A DNA stretch of 64,000 bases from Lepidodermella squamata (lineage: Eukaryota; Animalia; Gastrotricha). Where the stretch lies: contig JBLDXI010000015.1 in NCBI GenBank assembly GCA_047495785.1, positions 1,240,001-1,304,000 on the forward strand, given 5' to 3'. This document shows, one piece after another, positions 60,862 to 64,000 of the stretch. Within the stretch, counting starts at the first letter, position 1. The number at the start of each line of letters is the position of its first letter. Below the pieces are notes generated by a model that searched no databases, was not told where the DNA came from, and saw only the letters and a program-made list of their open reading frames with translations. The translations under genes were made by a program, and so were the position numbers.

Positions 60862-61767
60862 AAAAATTCAAATAAGCTAAAATAAAATAAAACATAATCA
60901 GGAGTCAATATATAACATCGGCAATTGATTGAGCAAGAATACTCCGCGACACATGGCTTTCGACTTCGGAAAGTGTTGCAGAAAAATTTCAGAGAATCCA
61001 ATTTCAATTCAAAATTCGCACTACATTCGCACTACACTACATACCACGTGTGTACCCTTAGAAGATAGTTCAGCCTCTTGGAACCAGCAGTACCGAAACA
61101 GATCTCACGATGATCGACCTGGCTTACTTCTTCTGGCGCACGCCCAACACCTGACGACTCGTTCGCATCTGAGGCATTTTTTGAAAATATAAGTGTGACT
61201 TGTCAATTTTATGTCAAATTGTTCAAATAAAACTAAACTCTACGTTTTGTTGTATTGCTAAGTTGAAAAACGTTTTTGCGCGCTAACTTTTTCAGCGCTC
61301 GAAAAAACGGCTCGATCAGAAATCCGATCCCCCCTGTAATGCGGTTGGTTTTTTTGCCCCCGTTAACCACAAGAAACCTGTCACCCGCCTGTAACCATTC
61401 GCGTACTTGCCATGTTCTCCTATCCAAGGCATCTCAAATTTAGGCCGGCTTTAATAAGGGTAAAAAGGCTTTAATAAGGGTAGAAGACATTTTGATTCCC
61501 GCATTTCACATGCCACTTTATTATTCACTTAGTGAGCGATTGGGGGGTTGGTTAAGTATCTGCATCCCACGATCAACTTATTGGGATTTTCCTGAGAATG
61601 CACGGAAGGACCTTTAGCTTGGCAAAGCGTGGCACCGCGTTTCCGTGCATCCTCGTATGAAATGAGAGCGGCACGACTTGGCAGTCTGGATTGATTTTCA
61701 GTCATCTTTTAGTCAATAAGTGAACTGTAAACTCCTTTATTTATTCCTAGTCAAATTTCGTGGTTTC

Positions 61768-61944
61768 ATGATAATATCTAAGAAAGGAGTATTTGGTTGT
61801 TTTGTTGTTGCCTGCATCGCCCCGGTAGCCTACGAATATTACAAGTACCGCAAATTTTTAAACATTCAATCCGAGAGCGAAAAGCTTGCCAAAATTCGAT
61901 ACGGGAATACTGCTGAAATCAAATCATCAGAACAGTTGAACTAA
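61768..61944 (+). CDS. Small 58-aa ORF with one hydrophobic segment (uORF or microprotein)
   Basis: MIISKKGVFGCFVVACIAPVAYEYYKYRKFLNIQSESEKLAKIRYGNTAEIKSSEQLN. Follows an acceptor-like TTATTCCTAG at 61750. Its stop is 4 nt before the phosphatase ATG. Confidence 0.4.
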   Translation: MIISKKGVFGCFVVACIAPVAYEYYKYRKFLNIQSESEKLAKIRYGNTAEIKSSEQLN

Positions 61945-61948
61945 TACA

Positions 61949-62917
61949 ATGGGTGCTAAAAATTGTCGACTGTTATCGTCCTCGCTTTTGGAGGAGTCTT
62001 TCGCTGCAATCGATACAGTTTTATTTGACTGTGATGGTGTCTTATGGCGAGGTTCTGAGATGATTCCTGGAGCTATCGATTTGACGAAAATTTTATTAGC
62101 ACATGGCAAACGTGTCGGCTACGTTACAAATAACAGCTCTAGAACTCAAGATCAAATGGTGGCGGAGTTACAGAAGCGGGGTCTTGCACTGCAGGAACCT
62201 GATTTGATTATGTGCACAGCAAGGGCAACTGCTTTGTATCTGAGCGAAAAACGGCCAAACTGCACAGCTTTTCGTATCGGCAATCCAGCTATTGCAGCTG
62301 AACTAGAGCGCGTAGGTGTCAAGAGCTGGACCCTGGAAAACAATGAGAACATCAACTCGGTCAAACCAGAGCAGTACAAAGTTGACGCTGTCATTTGCTC
62401 GCTCGATCGAGAGTTCACCTACAACAGGCTCGCTGTCAGCACTCATTTGTTGCACTTTAACAAAGACGCGCTATTTATTGCGTATGTTTTGTTTTACATC
62501 ATTATCAGTTGGCTTCAGGTTTTATATTCCAGCACTAATACTGACCCAACGTTTCCCGACGCTGGCGGGAGGGTTGCCCCTGGTTGCGGTTCAATCGTAG
62601 CCGCTGTTCAAACAGCAGCTTGTCGCGCTCCAGGCGTAATTATCGGCAAGCCATACCCATTAATGTTTAATCAAATGGCTGCCAAACTGAACCTCGACCC
62701 TAAACGAACGCTGATGGTTGGCGATCGTTGCGATACAGACATGGGGTTTGCATCAGCAATAGGTGCCCATTCACTTTTTGTTCAGACTGGAGCTGAAACG
62801 CTAGAAGACGCGCAGCGTTATGCCGAACAAGGTTCGGATTTCGCCCCCACCTTCTACCTATCTGGCGTCGAAGAGTTGAATAATATGATTAAAAATTGTC
62901 AAACAATTAAAAACTAA
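61949..62917 (+). CDS. HAD-IIA phosphatase (phosphoglycolate/pyridoxal phosphatase-like), copy 1 (intron 62482-62532)
   Basis: FDCDGVLW (motif I), VTNNS (II), IGKP (III), MVGDRCDTD (IV). A 51-nt in-frame GT-AG intron restores FIATNTD. Confidence 0.92.
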   Translation: MGAKNCRLLSSSLLEESFAAIDTVLFDCDGVLWRGSEMIPGAIDLTKILLAHGKRVGYVTNNSSRTQDQMVAELQKRGLALQEPDLIMCTARATALYLSEKRPNCTAFRIGNPAIAAELERVGVKSWTLENNENINSVKPEQYKVDAVICSLDREFTYNRLAVSTHLLHFNKDALFIAYVLFYIIISWLQVLYSSTNTDPTFPDAGGRVAPGCGSIVAAVQTAACRAPGVIIGKPYPLMFNQMAAKLNLDPKRTLMVGDRCDTDMGFASAIGAHSLFVQTGAETLEDAQRYAEQGSDFAPTFYLSGVEELNNMIKNCQTIKN

Positions 62918-63005
62918 CATGAAGTCGCCTTCCTAAATTTAATGATTGATTAGATTAAAGTGTGATTTATTTCTCTAAATCTCATAGATTTGCTTTATTT
63001 TTATA

Positions 63006-64000
63006 ATGAGTGACGATCGCAAAAGATGCGAGTTGTTAACTGAGCGAAATATCAGTGATTTGTTGACATCTCTGGACGCAGTTTTCTTCGATTGCGATGG
63101 AACTTTGTGGCGAGGTGATGAAATTTTACCGGGAGCTATCGCGACCCTGGAAAAACTGATCAGCCTCGGAAAGCGGGTCGGTTATGTAACTAATAATTCG
63201 TGTCGAACCCACGCAGAAATGGTGCATGAACTGCAAAAACGCGGCTTTCCTACTCCAGATCTCGACCTAGTGATGTGTACAGCTCATTCAGCGGCTCAAT
63301 ACATCGGGGCAAACCTACCTAAAAACAGCCTGGCTTTCTTAGTAGCACCGCCTGCTTTGGCGGAAGAACTGCATGCGGTCGGCATTCGGACCTTCACGGA
63401 TGCAGATGTTGGTGATGATTTCGATAAATTCCAAGCTGATGCGGTTGTTTGCGCCCTAGACCGAACGCTGAGTTATCGACGGCTTGCTATCGCTACGCAT
63501 TTGCTGATCAAAAATCCGGCGGCTTTATTTTTAGGTAAAGCCTGCAATATATTTTGAATTTTGACATTTTTCGTTTTTTAGCCTTGGAAATCTTTATATA
63601 ACAATTTATTTGTTTTTTTTGCTGATTGAATAGCCACGAATCTCGACTCAACTTTCCCAGAATCAGGCGGCCGTTTATCGCCAGACTGCGGTCCTATAGT
63701 CGCGGCTCTCAGCGTGGCTACCGGTCGCCAGGCCGACGTCTGCATCGGCAAACCGTCGCCGATAATGTTCGCGCAAATGGCCGACATCCTGAAATTGGAC
63801 CCGAAACGCGTGCTGATGGTCGGCGATCGATGCGAAACCGACATGGCCTTCGCTTCGGCTATCGGCGCTCGATCACTCATGGTCGAAACCGGTGTGAGTA
63901 CGCCGAAAGACGCGAAATCCTACGAGATTAGCGACCAGGCTGAGATTTTCGCAAAAGCGCCGCATTTCATCGCACCGAGTGTTGCGTTTTTCGGAGAAAT
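63006..64000 (+). CDS. HAD-IIA phosphatase copy 2 (intron 63535-63633; runs off the window)
   Basis: FDCDGTLW, VTNNS, FLATNLD after splicing, IGKP, MVGDRCETD. Confidence 0.92.

Noticed and set aside
1-64000. tRNA, rRNA, snRNA or SL RNA genes
   Set aside because: None recognised by eye. tRNAscan-SE and Infernal were not run.

Overview
Eukaryotic, animal-like genomic DNA with AT-rich spliceosomal introns; the species cannot be determined from the sequence. About 50 kb is a minus-strand midasin (MDN1/Rea1) gene. I reconstructed it by hand as 22 GT-AG exons (56305->6348) that add up to one open frame of about 4,921 aa. Its introns hold three kinds of content: (i) a complete antisense nested class-A orphan GPCR gene; (ii) a + strand cluster of at least six pre-miRNA-like hairpins (40.4-41.5 kb) in three sequence families, one with a miR-2-family seed and two I do not recognise; (iii) many decayed transposons (Sola2, MULE, hAT, pogo-like, Ginger-like, RLE and APE LINEs, a Gypsy integrase and a solo LTR). 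Left of MDN1 are two convergent SGNH-hydrolase-like paralogues, one apparently disabled. Right of it are tightly packed ATG12, NMNAT and EI24 (minus strand) and a small TM ORF plus two tandem HAD-IIA phosphatases (plus strand), in an operon-like layout suggestive of SL trans-splicing. The best candidate for an undescribed system is the antisense intronic microRNA cluster. All folds and alignments were done by eye and need computational confirmation.
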